DNA of 64,000 bases from Eledone cirrhosa (GCA_964016885.1 OZ024750.1:2480001-2544000); one strand, 5' to 3'; shown: positions 1 through 14,123, numbered from the stretch's first letter. Notes: a model not told the origin generated them from the sequence alone. Made by a program: numbers and translations.

Positions 1-741
1 GTGTGTGTGTGAGTTTTGAATCCCTAAAACTCAAGAAGCACCCAACCGACTGTTTTCAAAATTTACACATGTAATACTTATGTTTCAGGGAGTGTTCTGA
101 GCAAAATAAATTTCAAATTTTCAATGCCCTAGGGACCGCATTAGGCGATTTAGCGATCTCTCTCTAGATCTCTCGCTATAATTCTTAGTCTTTCTGTTTT
201 TAGATAGATACATACATATAACGTTGCACCCTTATAATATCTGTCTGTATGTCTGACTGTCTGCATTACGTCACTTCCCTGAGGATGTCTGTCTGTGTGT
301 GCGTGTGTCTGTCAGTTTGAATCCCTAAAACTCGAGAAGTACCCAACCGATGTGTATTACTTATGTTTCAGGGAGTGTTATGCACATAAAGAAATTCAAC
401 TTTTTTATCTCCTAGGGCCTGCATTAGGTGAAAAACTGCGTTTTTTCAGCTTTTTAGGGGGTTTTTGAGGCGCTACGTCTAGCCGATTTTCCCGAAATTT
501 CAAGGTATATTAGGCACATTAAAAAATTCATTTTGCTTGATCCCCTAGGGCCCGCATTAGGTGAAAACCTGCATTTTTCCTGCTTCATCGAGGAAAATCT
601 TAAAGATTATCCAGCCATCAGAGTATTCGGTTTATTTTCTTTACATATTGTCCAGGCATGCAATTTTTCCACGATTAGGTCTGTTGGCGGCCCGGGTTCC
701 AAAATACCTTATCCCGTGCAACGCCAGGTACCACAGCTAGT
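1..741 (+). mobile_element. Non-autonomous Helitron-like element, 3' part (5' end outside window)
   Basis: Ends in an imperfect GC hairpin (cccgtgcaacgccagg, 713-728) followed by CTAG|T at 737-741, the Helitron 3' signature. Contains (GTCT)n-like tracts and a duplicated internal module (1-150 vs 295-430). Confidence 0.6.
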
Positions 742-984
742 AAATGATATAAATAACATGATTTTCTCCCTATAAGAACATGGTAAACAACTGGTATATT
801 TTCCATACCAATAAAGGAAGTTCTAGTGATAATGGAATAGAGAAGATTTATGATTTTAAAGAAATTTATTTCATTTTTAAGAAGTCATCGTCTGCCTTAC
901 AATAATTCCACACTTCTGTGGTACTTGAAGATAAAAGAAGAATACCTCAAAGAAGTAATTGAAAAAAAAGGGTAATATTCAAAT

Positions 985-1140
985 AGATCCTGTTGATACT
1001 AAACTGCCTGAAACCTTCACTGGTTTCGCAATACCAAGTTATTTACTTTAAAATGTTTATATTTATCTGGACAAAAACTTCCATCATACTTTTATATAAG
1101 AACCTGTCAGTTTTACTACAAACACCAGCTTAATAGCAAG
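985..1140 (+). mobile_element. Decayed piggyBac-like MITE fragment
   Basis: 'gatactaaactgcctgaaacc...aaaacttccatcata' resembles the start of the element at 53923-54151. Confidence 0.4.
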
Positions 1141-2572
1141 GAAAATATATTATAAAATCCTTTCAAATACTTGATTATTTCCCAATTTAATTTGAAATTT
1201 TAAGCTGTGTCTGAGGGCATATTCAGTATCTTTCATACATGTTTAATTCAAAGGATATATGAAGATCTTATATTAATACACACAAAACTAGAGACAATAT
1301 AATTGGCTACACATCTCCCACTAAATATGAGTATATTATAAATTTGAAATAAGTATCAAAACTAAAGATTCTGAAAGATATATATTTTATGAAAGAAACA
1401 TAAAAAAGCTGAATTGCATTAAAGTTCCAAAAGTGATAAAATAATTGTTTACAAGAATAAGGAATTTAAAAAATTTAATTTTAATTCTTTAAATTATTCC
1501 CCAAGTTTATATCTCTCTACCATTTTACATATGAAAGATTATTATATAAAATATTCACAAATTATCAATAAACACTTGAGAAAATACAGAATTGTGAGTA
1601 AATTTGTATTTGAAATCACAGGTGAACAATGAAAAGAAAGGAAGATGTTGATAAATACCTGTATAAGATTATACAAAAGGAATGGGTGCATTTATAAGGG
1701 AATTAACAAGAAAAATATATGACAAGATAATATATAAATACGCACTCACACACACATAAATATAGTTATATTTGGGGCTGGTCATGTTGCCAATATTGGC
1801 AATAAAAAAATACATGCACCATTTGATTTTTACTTCACCTTTATTATTAGCTAATAGTTAATTCATCGATGTTCTTTTGTCACACATCCTGTGACCTCCT
1901 CAAAAACTATTTGTTTTCATCTGTGTCTCCTCTTTTTCTGCTCTTATTTAGTTTACTCCATCTTGTCTTTCTGTGGTACTTTTCCCTGTCTGCACAGATT
2001 GTGTCAAGAAAGAACTTTGAAGAACTAACTAATAACTAATAATAAAATAATAGTAAAAATCAAATAGTGTGTGAGTTTTTTTATTGGCAATATTGGTAAA
2101 ATGTAGATATCTATCACTTTCTCTTTCATTACTCCCCTTTCCTCACCTACCACGCTCTTCATCCTATCTCCTTCTTTCTCAAATACATTCACCTTGACCT
2201 TAGTTCTCTCTGTCATTATTTACTGTTCTAACCATGTTCTTGGTCACATTCCCTTTGAATGAACAGTGATAATGTAGAGAGGAGTGGATTAGTCATGTAG
2301 AGGATAAGGTAACTCTTCTGGTGCTGGTGTTGCAGTACACACTGATTCAACCACCACACTCCTACTTTTAACTTAGCCTCTTGCCTTTGTTATCGCTCTA
2401 TCACTTTCTCTTCTATCCAGCTTCTTGTAAATTCAAAAGCCAACATAAATTAGAAAGGACTCTTTGGTGCAGATGCCATGAAAAATGCACTTAGTACACT
2501 CTGTAAAGTTGTTAGGGAAAAAACTTCCATAAAGATACACACACACACACACACACACACAGAACTATATAC

Positions 2573-2740
2573 ATCATCATCATCATCATTTAACATCCAT
2601 TTTTCCATGCTTTCAATGGGTTAGACAGGTTGTCACGTTATGAAATAAGTCAGGTCAGGTGACCACGTTTTATTCATATGGAACTGTATTTTGGTTTGGT
2701 CTCTATGGCTGGATGGCCTTCCTAAGGCCAACCACTTACA
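2573..2740 (-). mobile_element. SINE 3' part with RTE-type tail
   Basis: (CAT)n + 'ttaacatccatttttccatgc...gggttagacagg' is the reverse complement of the RTE tail seen at 22210-22265. It continues into 'ggctggatggccttcctaaggccaaccactt', whose complement occurs at 14725-14770. Confidence 0.6.
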
Positions 2741-2861
2741 TATAAATGTATTATATACACTCATAGGTGCATGAGATGATCTGACGATGAGAAATATGAA
2801 ACTCTGAATAATGACCAGCAAAGAAATTCAGCCCTGAAAAAAATTTACATTCACTCATAGT

Positions 2862-2878
2862 AATATATATATATATAT

Positions 2879-2916
<38 letters not shown>

Positions 2917-3170
2917 TACACTCACACACATACATATCATATATACATTATATATATATAAAGTTTAATATAATGAAGTTTAATTTTAAAATATTTTAAT
3001 TGAATAACTTGTATATATACTCATACATATATATACATATGTACACATATATATATACATACATATATACATATATATACATATGTACATATATATTCAT
3101 ATATAAGTATATATACAAACATATATATATATATATATATACAAACATATATATATATATATATATATAA
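2862..3170. repeat. (TA)n/(CATA)n compound microsatellite
   Basis: Directly visible. Confidence 0.9.
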
Positions 3171-3187
3171 CACAATATTTATGTATA

Positions 3188-3610
3188 TTAAGTGCAATGG
3201 TGCATGGCAGTGAAACATGGGCATTGATGGAAAGAAATGAGGCGAGCATGCTTTGCTGGATATGTAAAGTTGTGCGTGAACAATGGAGAACAAATGAGTT
3301 GAGTGAAATACTGTATTTAAGAGGAGATGTAGCCTGCAGGAGAGAGGAGTGTGCTGGTACAGACAGATATATGAAGCATATGGAGGATGACAGTTTGGTA
3401 AAGAAGTGCTAAGCAATGGAAGTGTAAGGTACCTCTGGAAAAGGAAGAATAAGAAAGATATGGGGGAAATGGTAAAGATTCATTTAAGAAGACCAAACCT
3501 CATGATGGAAATGATAATGGACTACAACAATTGGTGAGTAACTGCCTTGAAGAAGACCAATCCGACCCAAACCAGCATGAAAATAAAAATGGATGTAAAA
3601 TGATGATTAT
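3188..3610 (+). mobile_element. RTE-clade LINE, 5'-truncated 3' end (decayed)
   Basis: ORF 3197-3412 (HGSETWA..ERNEASMLCWIC) matches the RTE post-RT motif YGSETW..R.E..MLRW.C. Ends in 'ccagcatgaaaa...ggatgtaaaatgatgat'. Confidence 0.85.
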
Positions 3611-4271
3611 ATATATATCTCCTGGCAATTAGTATGTCCAATTTCCATGCTGGTATGAGCTGCACAGGTCATTATGCTCCAAATCAGTTTTTATTCAGAA
3701 TTACTGCTCTACAATACAGGTCAGTGGACAAACTTTTCACTCATGCTTTCCAATTTTTGGAATAGAATTTTCTTCAAGTGAAAGTGAATAATCAGTGAGA
3801 AATACTATTGTGTTTCTAGTTATAAGGGTATGTCTGTCCTTGCAATTGGTAGTGAAAACTTCTGATTGTCCTTCTGATCAGTCTAAGTGTAAATCAAGCT
3901 ATAAGTGTTGCAATCAGATACAGTTAGCATGGGTTTGACAGGTACAGCTTTACAATATAATGTTTGATAGATCCCATGTAGACCTGTGTGTGTAAAACTC
4001 CCTCCAAGTAGCAAAGTGTTTCTCACCAAACCAATACCCAATATACATATATATGCACATATACATATATGCCTATGCACATATATATATGCATATATAT
4101 ATACACATATATATATACATATACATATATATATATATATGTATAAATATATATATATACACACAACCTACCACACACTTAAATCATACCCTAATCCCAT
4201 GAAAAAGACAATATTACTGAAAGTGTATTGGTTGGTCAAATTTAAAAAGTGTTTGATCCACATACACACAC

Positions 4272-4425
4272 ACGGCTTCAGTACAATTTCCATCTACCAA
4301 ATTTCACATAAAAATCTTTGGTCGATCCGAAGCTATCGTAGAAGTTATTTGCCAAGATGCAATACAGTCTGATTGGAACTGCAACACAAATGGTTTTGAT
4401 GCAAATTCCTTATCCACAGAACCAC
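4272..4425 (-). mobile_element. tRNA-head SINE fragment
   Basis: 'ttccatctaccaaatttcac...ctttggtcgatccgaagctatcgtagaag...tgccaag', resembling a cephalopod SINE body in antisense. Confidence 0.55.
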
Positions 4426-5409
4426 ACACACACATATATATATATATATATACTAACACATATATACACATACAAACATACATATATATATATATATATA
4501 CTAACACATATATACACATACAAACACACATGTGTGATTCCATACATACACACACTATACTATCAACTTTACATAAGTCCATTACAACATCCACAAGTTG
4601 TACACAGATTTTTCTTTAAAAATATATAACTACACTCACTGTACGCAATATATTGTGCATATGTATATATAAACACATTCATATGTGTGTGGACATAATT
4701 ATATATAGATGTACTTATATATATTATGAAGAGAAAAATAATTTATTAAAATGATAAACACAGATGTTTGCGGTTAGAACTGCTTTACACCAAGAGGACA
4801 GCATAGAGGAATTTCTGTGAATTGGGGAATATATTCATTCAACAACAGCAGTAGCAGTATTGGCACCAACGACAACAATAATACGAGAACAGCGAGAACA
4901 ACAAGACTAATGCAAGAAATGATCGATTAAACCTGGTAAAAATGTGCACCATAACATAATGACAAACTTAGCAGAAAGAATTTAAAAAAAAAAACGACAA
5001 AAAATAAAATAAAATAAAATATCCTGCCTCCCCCCCAAAAAAATCAAAGAAAAACATTGAATGAGCCAAATTGCAGACAGATTTCACTGAACTTAAGTGC
5101 ATATAATAATGGTTTAACTAAATGATTGAAGGTTTGATTCCTAGAATTGGATATTATTTGCTTCATTTGAAGCCTCATTATATTGTAATTTCAAAGATTG
5201 CAATATATTAGCACTAGAATCTTAAGTTTAGTATGAAGATGATGTGTAAGTAACAGTTATTGCAGGTTGATATGTTAATACACAGCCAGAAGTTTCTCAT
5301 ATAATTAAAATAAATTCCTTAGCATATTATAGGAATATTTCAGAAAATATTTATATATAAACTTTTGGCTTTAATGGATTTGGGATTTAACAAACCAAAT
5401 AATAATAAT

Positions 5410-5582
5410 GATTTCTAATTAATTTAGGCACAAGGCCAGCAATTTGGGGGAGAGGCAAATTGATTAAATCAACATTAGTAATTTACTAGTACTTTATTTT
5501 GTTAACCACAAAAGGATGAAAGGCAAAGTTGATTTTGATTAAGCATTTGTTTGACTCTAAATACTCTGGTAACCCACCCACA
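5410..5582 (-). mobile_element. Nin-domain-like tRNA SINE (decayed)
   Basis: 'ttaggcacaaggccagcaattt...tagtactttatttt...aggatgaaaggcaaagtt', the same family as 57492-57679. Confidence 0.8.
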
Positions 5583-5739
5583 GCAAAATACTTTTCAACT
5601 ACATTCTCAAAAGTGAAGTAAAAATTACATAATCTTTATCACAACAACAACAAAATTATACTGTGTACTTGTATATAGTGTATTAAAGCTATTTTTTTTT
5701 ACATTAAAAACAATGAAAATAACTCTTATGTTACCTCTA

Positions 5740-6051
5740 ATTTAACAGATTCTCACGAATTGTTACCCCATTTCTATGGAATTTGGAATGATTTGGTAAT
5801 ATAACTTACTCATTATTAAACTGGTGACTGAAACATATCTTATCAAATGTTCTTACATAAAATTATGAAGGAGGGTTTTTTTTAAAGATAAATATAAACA
5901 TTTTAGAACAACATAAAATGAAAATGGAAGAATTTTTAAGACAACATAAAATTATGATGGAAGGTTTTAGTTACATATGAACATATTAAAACAGTTTTCT
6001 ATTGTGGAACTGGGGGCAGTTTCGGACAGTTAACTATTATGAAGGGTTAGT
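5740..6051 (-). mobile_element. Decayed piggyBac-like MITE
   Basis: Ends 'ggggcagtttcggacagtt...atgaagggtta', the reverse complement of the 5' end of the 53923 element. Confidence 0.45.
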
Positions 6052-6696
6052 AAGTCACACCTCCTTTCTATTAGTCAGTGTATTTAATTTTTGCCATATG
6101 CACAATACCTCAAGGTTATAAAGTAAAGGAACAACAGTTTTGTTGCACCCATGTCCCACTTCAAGTAATTAAATGCATGGAAAAATATTTACAACAAAGA
6201 AAAAAGAATGTTAATGGTATATCTCAGATGCAAAATAAAATATGTTTTTAATAAGTACAAGCTGTAGTTCCTGTTATTTTCTATTTCTATTTAGAGTAAG
6301 GTGTAGAAATTAAATTTATCTATCCATCCAAATTGATATTATTTTTATCAACTTTTATCAAAATGATCTTGGTCAAGCTAATACTATTGATCCATGAAAT
6401 ATCAAATCTAATGCTTTATCCCTAACCTTAAGTTATTATTTTAATTCAAATAGTGTCTTCTATTTTCATGGTAAATGTAGCTTTTTCAGTTCAGATAAAA
6501 AGTGCTATCCAAAGTGTTGAAATGTAATATATTCTAGCAGTATATGTCACAGAATTTATTGAACAATAAAAAGCTGTTGACTCTGAAAGATTTTAAGCAA
6601 CATAGAGTCCAAATAAAATATAGTTAGGTATGAAGGATGACCAGACCTATCGCTTGATTCAAATGAAAATATAAATAGAAGATGGTATTTAAATTA

Positions 6697-7075
6697 TGTC
6701 ATCTTCACTTCATTTATTTTTCCAAGCTGAAATAGATGTCTGGGTCTGAAATATGATATCTCTCCATGCATCTCATTCCTGTATCAGTTTACTCGTGAAG
6801 CTCACATTTCATCTGTGAGGTTCAGAAATAATTTTGGTCTATTTTTATTGTCGATGCATCACTGCAAATCTTCAGGTATCTTTTCACGTTGCTTTACCTG
6901 GTTCATATTAATATACACCTTATAATATGTCTGATGCTTAATTCTGTCTTAATTTGTTTATAATCTTTCTACCAAGTAATCATTGTACACCAGACAAACC
7001 ATTCTCAACCTCACAAATTAGTAGAAATCCTCTTCTGTTATAGAACGCATCTCACTGTCATACAACAGACTTTTA
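6697..7075 (-). mobile_element. Highly decayed RTE 3' end
   Basis: Minus-strand translation LLYDSEMRSITEED...RMVCLVYN..LVER resembles LLYGSETW.LT.ED..RM.RWMCN..L.ER. A tail-like sequence lies at about 6700-6750. Confidence 0.45.
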
Positions 7076-7361
7076 AATCTATCTCAGCCTTTTGTATGAA
7101 AAGAAAAGGAAAACCTATTAATGAAACAACACAAATACAAATGAAAGTTTACATACACACATCACACATACACACACAAATATATAATGTTTGTGTGTTA
7201 GAATATTAACATCACAATTTGATAAATATATTTAATCTTCCTACAGTGTGAAGGGCAGAGTTGAAGTAAATAAAATGAAGATATTCTTATATTCTTTTCT
7301 CTCATCTCTGTAGCTCCATATTGATTAACTTCTGGCAAATATAAGAAGGAAGCTCAAACAA

Positions 7362-7566
7362 ATGAAGGAGTCTCTATGTGGTCACTCAGCTTGTTAGAAA
7401 TAGCAGGCAAATCTCCCTCAAACACACCCTGCCATCTTAAATTGGGAAAGAACAGATGGTTTAGTCATAGATACCACTAAACAAATATATTGGTCACGAG
7501 ACCTGCTTTTGATCATAGGTCTGCTTGATCAGGGTTGACCTGCAGCTAAACAAAACAACAAACAAC
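7362..7566 (+). mobile_element. Dispersed retro-repeat 3' part ending in (CAA)n-like tail
   Basis: 'tagaaatagcag.caaatctccctc...gatcataggtctgcttgatcagggttgacctg..gctaaaca'. A second copy lies on the minus strand at 19890-20085. Confidence 0.7.
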
Positions 7567-7924
7567 TTCTTACAAATTCACAAATAATAGCTTTTGATTT
7601 ACCATGCTACAGTGATCACAATTGTCTTGTATTATGCTGAAATCTTGAACTACATACTAAAAATATCTAAAAGTAATTAGTAATTGCCAATGAAAAGAAA
7701 TCCTGCAAAAGGTTCTGAAATGGAGGAAGGGCACTAACATGAGAACGGCAAATAATGTGGACTGCAGAGTTGTCTACTGTTATAGCCTCAAATAGGCTGG
7801 AGAATTCTTACATTATTGATTTCTTATATAGGCACAAGGTTTCAGAGTCAAGAGAGTAATCAGATTTTATGACATTGATAATCTTCAAGGGTATTTCATT
7901 ATCAGCATGGGTTGGATGATGTAG

Positions 7925-8199
7925 AGGCACGGAACCTAGTGGTAAGGGTATTGGACTCATGATCATAATGCTGTGGGTTCAATTTCTGGACTGAGTTGTG
8001 TGTTGTGTTCTTGAGCAAAACACTTCATTTTCTATTGCTCCAGTATACTCAACTGAAAGTGGGTACCTGCTGGTGGTTTTACCATGCAATGGACTGGCAT
8101 CCTGTCCAGGGAGAAGTCTTGTGTTCTTAGTCACCTCACACCACAGAAACCAGGATAAGCATCAACCTGATGAACCCCGGGGCTCAAGACAGACTTTAG
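7925..8199 (+). mobile_element. Near full-length tRNA-derived SINE with CORE-like central domain
   Basis: A-box-like 'cctagtggtaaggg', B-box-like 'gggttcaatttc', CORE-like 'gtgttcttgagcaaaacactt' and a 3' domain 'gcaatggactggcatcctgtccaggg...gacagacttta'. Confidence 0.75.
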
Positions 8200-8582
8200 A
8201 TGGGTTGGACGAGGTTTCTGAAGTGGGTTTTCTACAACTGGATTCCTGTTTTGGTATTAACCTTTATTTCACTTTAAGTTTGCTCATCTTCATTGAATGA
8301 CTAATCTGTGGTACATATTGTTTACGTGGGACATAAACAAATGTCACTACCTCAAATGATGTCAAGATAAAGTCATGCAGAGACAGACACATATACACAC
8401 ATGTGTGAGAGTGTGTGTGTATATATATGATATATATGAGTGTGTGTGTACACACATACTTTATATATATGTGTGTTTGTGTATTTGTATGAATGTGTGT
8501 GTATGAATGAAAAGGGAAAAAAATAATTTGATTTAATTATTAGATTTTAAAAAACAATGTATATATATAAAAAAACAATGAT

Positions 8583-8616
<34 letters not shown>

Positions 8617-9474
8617 ACATTGTGAGAATAGAAATAGTATTTTCAATGTTTATTTTTCTGAAAGCTTATAATAATATTGAGAATGCTGGTGATTCTAAAA
8701 ATATCAACAGGATTTGTGGGGTTGTGTGTATGGAATGATGGTGATGGGGGAGATAGTAAGAGTCATGAGACTGATAATAAAATGTATAAACAGCTAGATT
8801 AAATAAAAGATTATATGGAAAGGAAAACTGCAAGTTTAGCTTAGTTAGGAATCAAGTTAAATTTAATATCATAATGTACTGTTATTTCTATGATATTATG
8901 ATGACACTTCAATTTGGAGCAAATACTAAAACTGTGGTCTGAGATTAAACAGAGCTATTTCAATACTTGGAATATCATAAATTTATTGAGACCTACTAGT
9001 AAATAATATTGATTACATAAATGAAAAATATTTTCCCTAAAAATACTTGCGCTTGAATCTGTTTGTTTTTTTAAAACTTCAATTAAAATTAAATAAAGTT
9101 TATTTATGAAAGCTACTTTATATTATTAGAAAAGAACAAATTCAAAATCATTAATTTGATAAATGACAAACATAGCTGCAATAAGTTTCCCTTATAAAAC
9201 ACAGAATGTTTTTATTCAAAATTTAGCAATTATCAGGAAAATTCTAAACACAAATTATTATCATTATTGTGGCCAATAAAGAAAGAATTATTATTATTAT
9301 TTTTATTGTTTTTCTTTCAATATTGTTTCTGTTATATGCCAAGTGTCTTCTTGACACCTCGGGCAAATAAACTCACTGTATACATTGGTAAGCCAGTTAT
9401 CACACCAAATTGATTATAATTTACAATTTATTATTATTATTATTATTATTAAATTATGATAATATTGTAAAAAT

Positions 9475-9655
9475 AATGTTGATTTTTCAGTTTGAACTTC
9501 TGTAGAATGATGCCTTGTATAAAGAAATCTGGGAAAAGTGAGTTTTCCAAAAGATTGCAAAGATTTTAGTGCAGGTGTTGTGGTGTGTTAAAGAGAAGCA
9601 AGTGCCTTTATAGTATGCAGCTTGTTAGTTTAGATGTAAAATAGCTGTAGCTGTT

Positions 9656-9695
<40 letters not shown>

Positions 9696-10195
9696 AAAGG
9701 AGGAAATTGCATGTTTGTAGGCAAGACTTTGTAATACATTGGTGAATCTTTACACACTATCTAGGTAGCTTTTAGGTACTAAAATGTTTCTGTGTGACAG
9801 TGTTGCACTAAATATGTGAGAAGTTCTCAATATAGGGAACACATTGATTTAGAAAAGATTGAATTTATATGTCAACAAAGAAAGCCTAGGTTATGGGATG
9901 AAAATTTCACAATGTTGTATATGTGAAGTCCCCATGAAAAGTCTTTAGAGAATGGGTAACTTTTAATTTGTGAGTTTGAAATTTTAACTATGGTTTTCTT
10001 GTAGGTTTTTTTATTAATACCAAAATGAATGCAGAACTTTTTACCTGGCCAAAATGCTTTCAGCTATAACCTATCAAATACATTTGAAAGGTCAACTTCA
10101 TTGTTTAACATGTGGTTTGCTAGCTTGTGATGCCAAACACCAATCCTCTGATAAGAAAAACCAGCAACACCTAACATCTAAGGTCACTTTCCAAT
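9475..10195 (-). mobile_element. Decayed CR1/L2-group LINE RT remnant
   Basis: Minus-strand peptides DLSNVFDRL*LKA (~DISKAFDRVWHKA), NQCVPYIENFSHI (~QVRP.LEYCSHIW) and ILQKFK at the 3' end. Interrupted by (GA)n at 9661-9693. Confidence 0.5.
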
Positions 10196-10219
10196 ATTTT
10201 AAACAACTCATAATAATAA

Positions 10220-10385
10220 TGGTTTAGGTACAAGGCCAACAATTTTGGGAGAGGAAAAAATTGATTAAATCCACCCAGTTTGTTACTGGTACTATATTTT
10301 CAACCTTCAAGGATGAAAGGCAAAGCTAACCTTGGCAGGATTTGAACTCAGAATGTAAAGGGCCATAACTCTATGCTGCAAAACA
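10220..10385 (-). mobile_element. Nin-domain-like tRNA SINE
   Basis: 'ttaggtacaaggccaacaatttt...actggtact...ggatgaaaggcaaagctaaccttggcaggatttgaactcag'. Confidence 0.8.
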
Positions 10386-11989
10386 ATATTGCCATGGAGT
10401 ACAATCAGCTAATACACTCAATAATATGAATGTACCACATATATAACTGTTATATATATATATATTACTTTATTTATATGTTTATTGGATTGCAAGAAAG
10501 AAATAAGAGAATAAGTTGTTACTATGTCAATTAATTTCCATTCAAGGTCAGAAACTAACATTTTAAATAGTTTCTCTTTATCTCTAAAATGTTAGTAAAA
10601 ATTAAGCCGTAAAATATTTATTAACTATGTATTATAGATATAAAGTGTTTTGTTTTGAAAGACCATTCAATATTTCAAAATTTCACACATTTTTTATTTG
10701 TATTATTTGACTGCAATCATCTCAAGATAGATTTTTTTTTTATTGCATGTGAAGAGGTTGAAGAGTTGATAAAGAGTGCTGAACTATGAAAAGATTTGAG
10801 TGGTTTATATTTCTGTGCTCAAATCTCACCAAAGTTTCATATCTAGGATCAATAAATATTTTACATATATTCTACCAATTTCAATTTCAATTTAATCTAA
10901 AAGGATAGTTTAGTTCTTTCTATTCTCATTTAGAGAATTTAAGCATTTCTTGCATATCCATGCTGATTACTAATTATGAATGGAACTCCTTAACAAAAAT
11001 GATTTGCATTAATCACCTTCAAATATTTGTTGATCTGTTGAATGTATGATGAAGAAAGATTATGTAATCCTTACAAGAGGTGAAATTGATGGAAAAACCT
11101 TTTTAGATTGGTATATATGATTTTTAGACTTTTAGAGGATTTTGAAGCTATGTGAAAGGGAAAAAGAGTTCTTAAAAGTAAAACAATATTTTCTCAGTTT
11201 TTGTTCTGTTAATTTAAACATTTTGTACCTAATTTGCACAAGCACACACATGCACATACATATTGTACATGTGTGTGTTTGTCTACACTTATATGTGTGT
11301 GTTTGTCTACACTTATATGTGTGTCTGATTGGCTATATTACTAATATATAAACATACACACATATTTAGACACAAAGATAAAATATGCATATGTATACAA
11401 ATGTATGTATATATTTATATATATATAAACACACACATATACACTGATATATTCACATATACACATATATATAAATACATATATACATATAAATATATAT
11501 ATATATATATATATAAATATGTGTGTATATAGATATTTGTGTATATATATATTACAAATGGGCTTCAGTGCCAGTTACAAAACAGAAGCTATCTAAAGAA
11601 AAGAAAAGAAAATGAACAGGTGCAGAGAAAATATATCTACTCACCTTTAAATACTTGTGAACAAACCTGGCATGCACCTGTCAATGAAAGGTACAGTAAG
11701 TACTTCTGCAGGTTTGGGGAACACTAGCCAACAACTGCGAAGGACAGTCACATACAGTGATAATGGATTTGATTTTGTATACCTCTAGACAAGAATTATT
11801 CACTCTGTCTCAGACAACAAGTTGTAAATGGATGGTTCCTTCAAATCCTTCTCCACAGAGAAGAAACAGCATCATCTGTAGTAAAATATACCTTAAAGTT
11901 CTTGGTTGTATTTACGATACAATATATAAATAACTTTAGCCACAGTATGGTCATACCCCAGTGGTTGCAACTAGTAATAAATCACAAGA

Positions 11990-12232
11990 TCCCAGACCTC
12001 GTTCACTTACCGAGTGGGGTGGAGCTTGACAAATCGGAATAAGGAAACAATGTTTCCATTGGTCTTTCTAATTACTGACACTATCTACTCATTGCAACTC
12101 CCGGTAGAAGGAGCAGCATGAAATAAAGTGACTTGCTCAAAGACATAACACATCGCCCGGTCTGGGAATCAAACTTGCAACCTCACGATTGCAAATTCAA
12201 TTCTCTAGCTGCTAAACCATGCATGTTCACAG
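11990..12232 (-). mobile_element. tRNA-derived SINE (CORE-like)
   Basis: The reverse complement has a B-box-like 'agtttgattccc' followed by 'gtctttgagcaagtcactttatt', related to the 7925 SINE. Confidence 0.65.
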
Positions 12233-13936
12233 TGAAAGAGTTTAAAAGACTGTTAAAAGAGAAGAACCTTCAGTAATTATATTTAATTAATGTATCATCT
12301 AACAAGCTTTTTTCAATTAAAGAAAGCTGCCATAGAGAAAATAGCTATTTAACAAAATAGTGTAGTTTTCTTTTAATAAGACAAAGTAGAGGCATTGTTT
12401 TTATGCTGCATACATTTCACTATTCATTTGATTACATTATTGCTTTATTGACACAGAAGAATCAAAAGAATGGTCTTGTCAATGCCTTGCAATTGATGCT
12501 CAAATCATCTACCTAATCCCCTTCCTGCCTTGCAATTGATGCTCAAATCATCCCTAATCCCCTTCCTATGTCAAGCTTCTTAACAGCATAAAGGGATTTA
12601 AAAAAAAAATTAAAATGACACAATCTGAAGTTTAGAATGGAGTAATTAAAGGAAATTTGATAAAACTTTCTTGATAATACATCTATCACTAAAGTTGATA
12701 GATGTATTTTTAAGAAAGTAATGTCTGAACAAAAATGGGGATGTGCATGGGTGTCAATTGTTGTGAGTGGTTCCATATTGACACAATTTAAAAACTAGTG
12801 AGATTTGTCTATGTCTTTCACAATCAACATGCCTTATAGTTTTGCATTTTTACAAACATCAATGATATATACCATACTAAAAAATCATACAGTATGAGAT
12901 GATATCAAGAAGGGCCTCTGGCCATAGGAAAACTGCCTAAAATTATCTTGTCCAACCCATGCTAATATGGAAAACAAGATATAAAAACAATGATTGTGAG
13001 AAAGATAAAGCCAAAGATTATGAGGAAACATTGCACGAGAGTGTTAATCAATAGAAAAAGATCTTATGTGACATGTAAAGTTACTTCAAATCAAGATGAT
13101 AAGTTCCAAATTCTACAAAAAGGAAGATTGCCTATGATTTGCACACTGCACTGTGTGGGATAATTTGCTAATATACATATACACTTCTAGGTAAGTTGGT
13201 GAGAAAATCTGCATGCAACTTACTGACCAAAACTTGCTCTGGGCTTGAAATTCACAGCACTAACACACAGACATACATACACACAAACAAACACACACAC
13301 ACATGATTGGGCATGTTAATACTCACTATATATGAATATCAGCATTGTAATAAACAAATATATATTGACGTTTCTCCTGAAATCAAAAATGATATATATA
13401 TAATCCTAGTTTTCTATTGGTTAATTGTAATACTAATGCTCATTAGATGCTACATTGTCAGCCAATTTATGAGCACCAGTTCATCTGCTCTTTTCGAGCA
13501 TAAAAACACGTTATATCTATCGTTCCGGGACTTTGCTAGTCTGTACTAGTTAGGATTGTCGTTATTTGAGATATATGTGTTTTCCTTTTATTTAAATGCA
13601 ACTCTAAGCAAAATTGTTGACAATATTTACAAGAAGCAATATACAACTTATATACTGGTCAAAACCAGGAAACAAAAAACATTATAAATTCAAAGAGGGT
13701 GTAATTTGTTTTACTGCAGCGACTCTCTATGAGTATTGGCAGTTTACAACCAGAACAGTATTAAATCGAATGATTAATTGATTGATTGGCAGATTTGTAG
13801 AGATATAGATACAAAGTACAGATCTTAACATACACCCACACACAAACAAAATAGCTTCTCATACAAGCATACACTGTTGAAAAGCAACAAAGTGAAATTT
13901 GAGAAGTGATGACGCAAAATCTTTTTTTAACAGTGG

Positions 13937-13937
<1 letters not shown>

Positions 13938-14001
<64 letters not shown>

Positions 14002-14123
14002 TAATATTATAATATAATTATATTATAATATTATAATATAATTATAATATTAATGGGTGTTTTTTAGCTCAATGCAATATATATATAATAATAAACAAAT
14101 AAGACAGTTACTTTAGTCCATCC

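Noticed and set aside
1860-2430. Possible very old minus-strand RTE RT remnant (includes ORF 2025-2216)
   Set aside because: Only faint motif similarity, too weak to call.
7925-7995. tRNA gene
   Set aside because: Degenerate A/B boxes run into a SINE body; no intact cloverleaf.
8167-8199. CTGATGA as a hammerhead core
   Set aside because: No downstream GAAA or stem III; it is part of the SINE 3' domain.
12483-12567. About 44-bp tandem duplication
   Set aside because: Ordinary local slippage duplication, like 54655-54707; no further structure.
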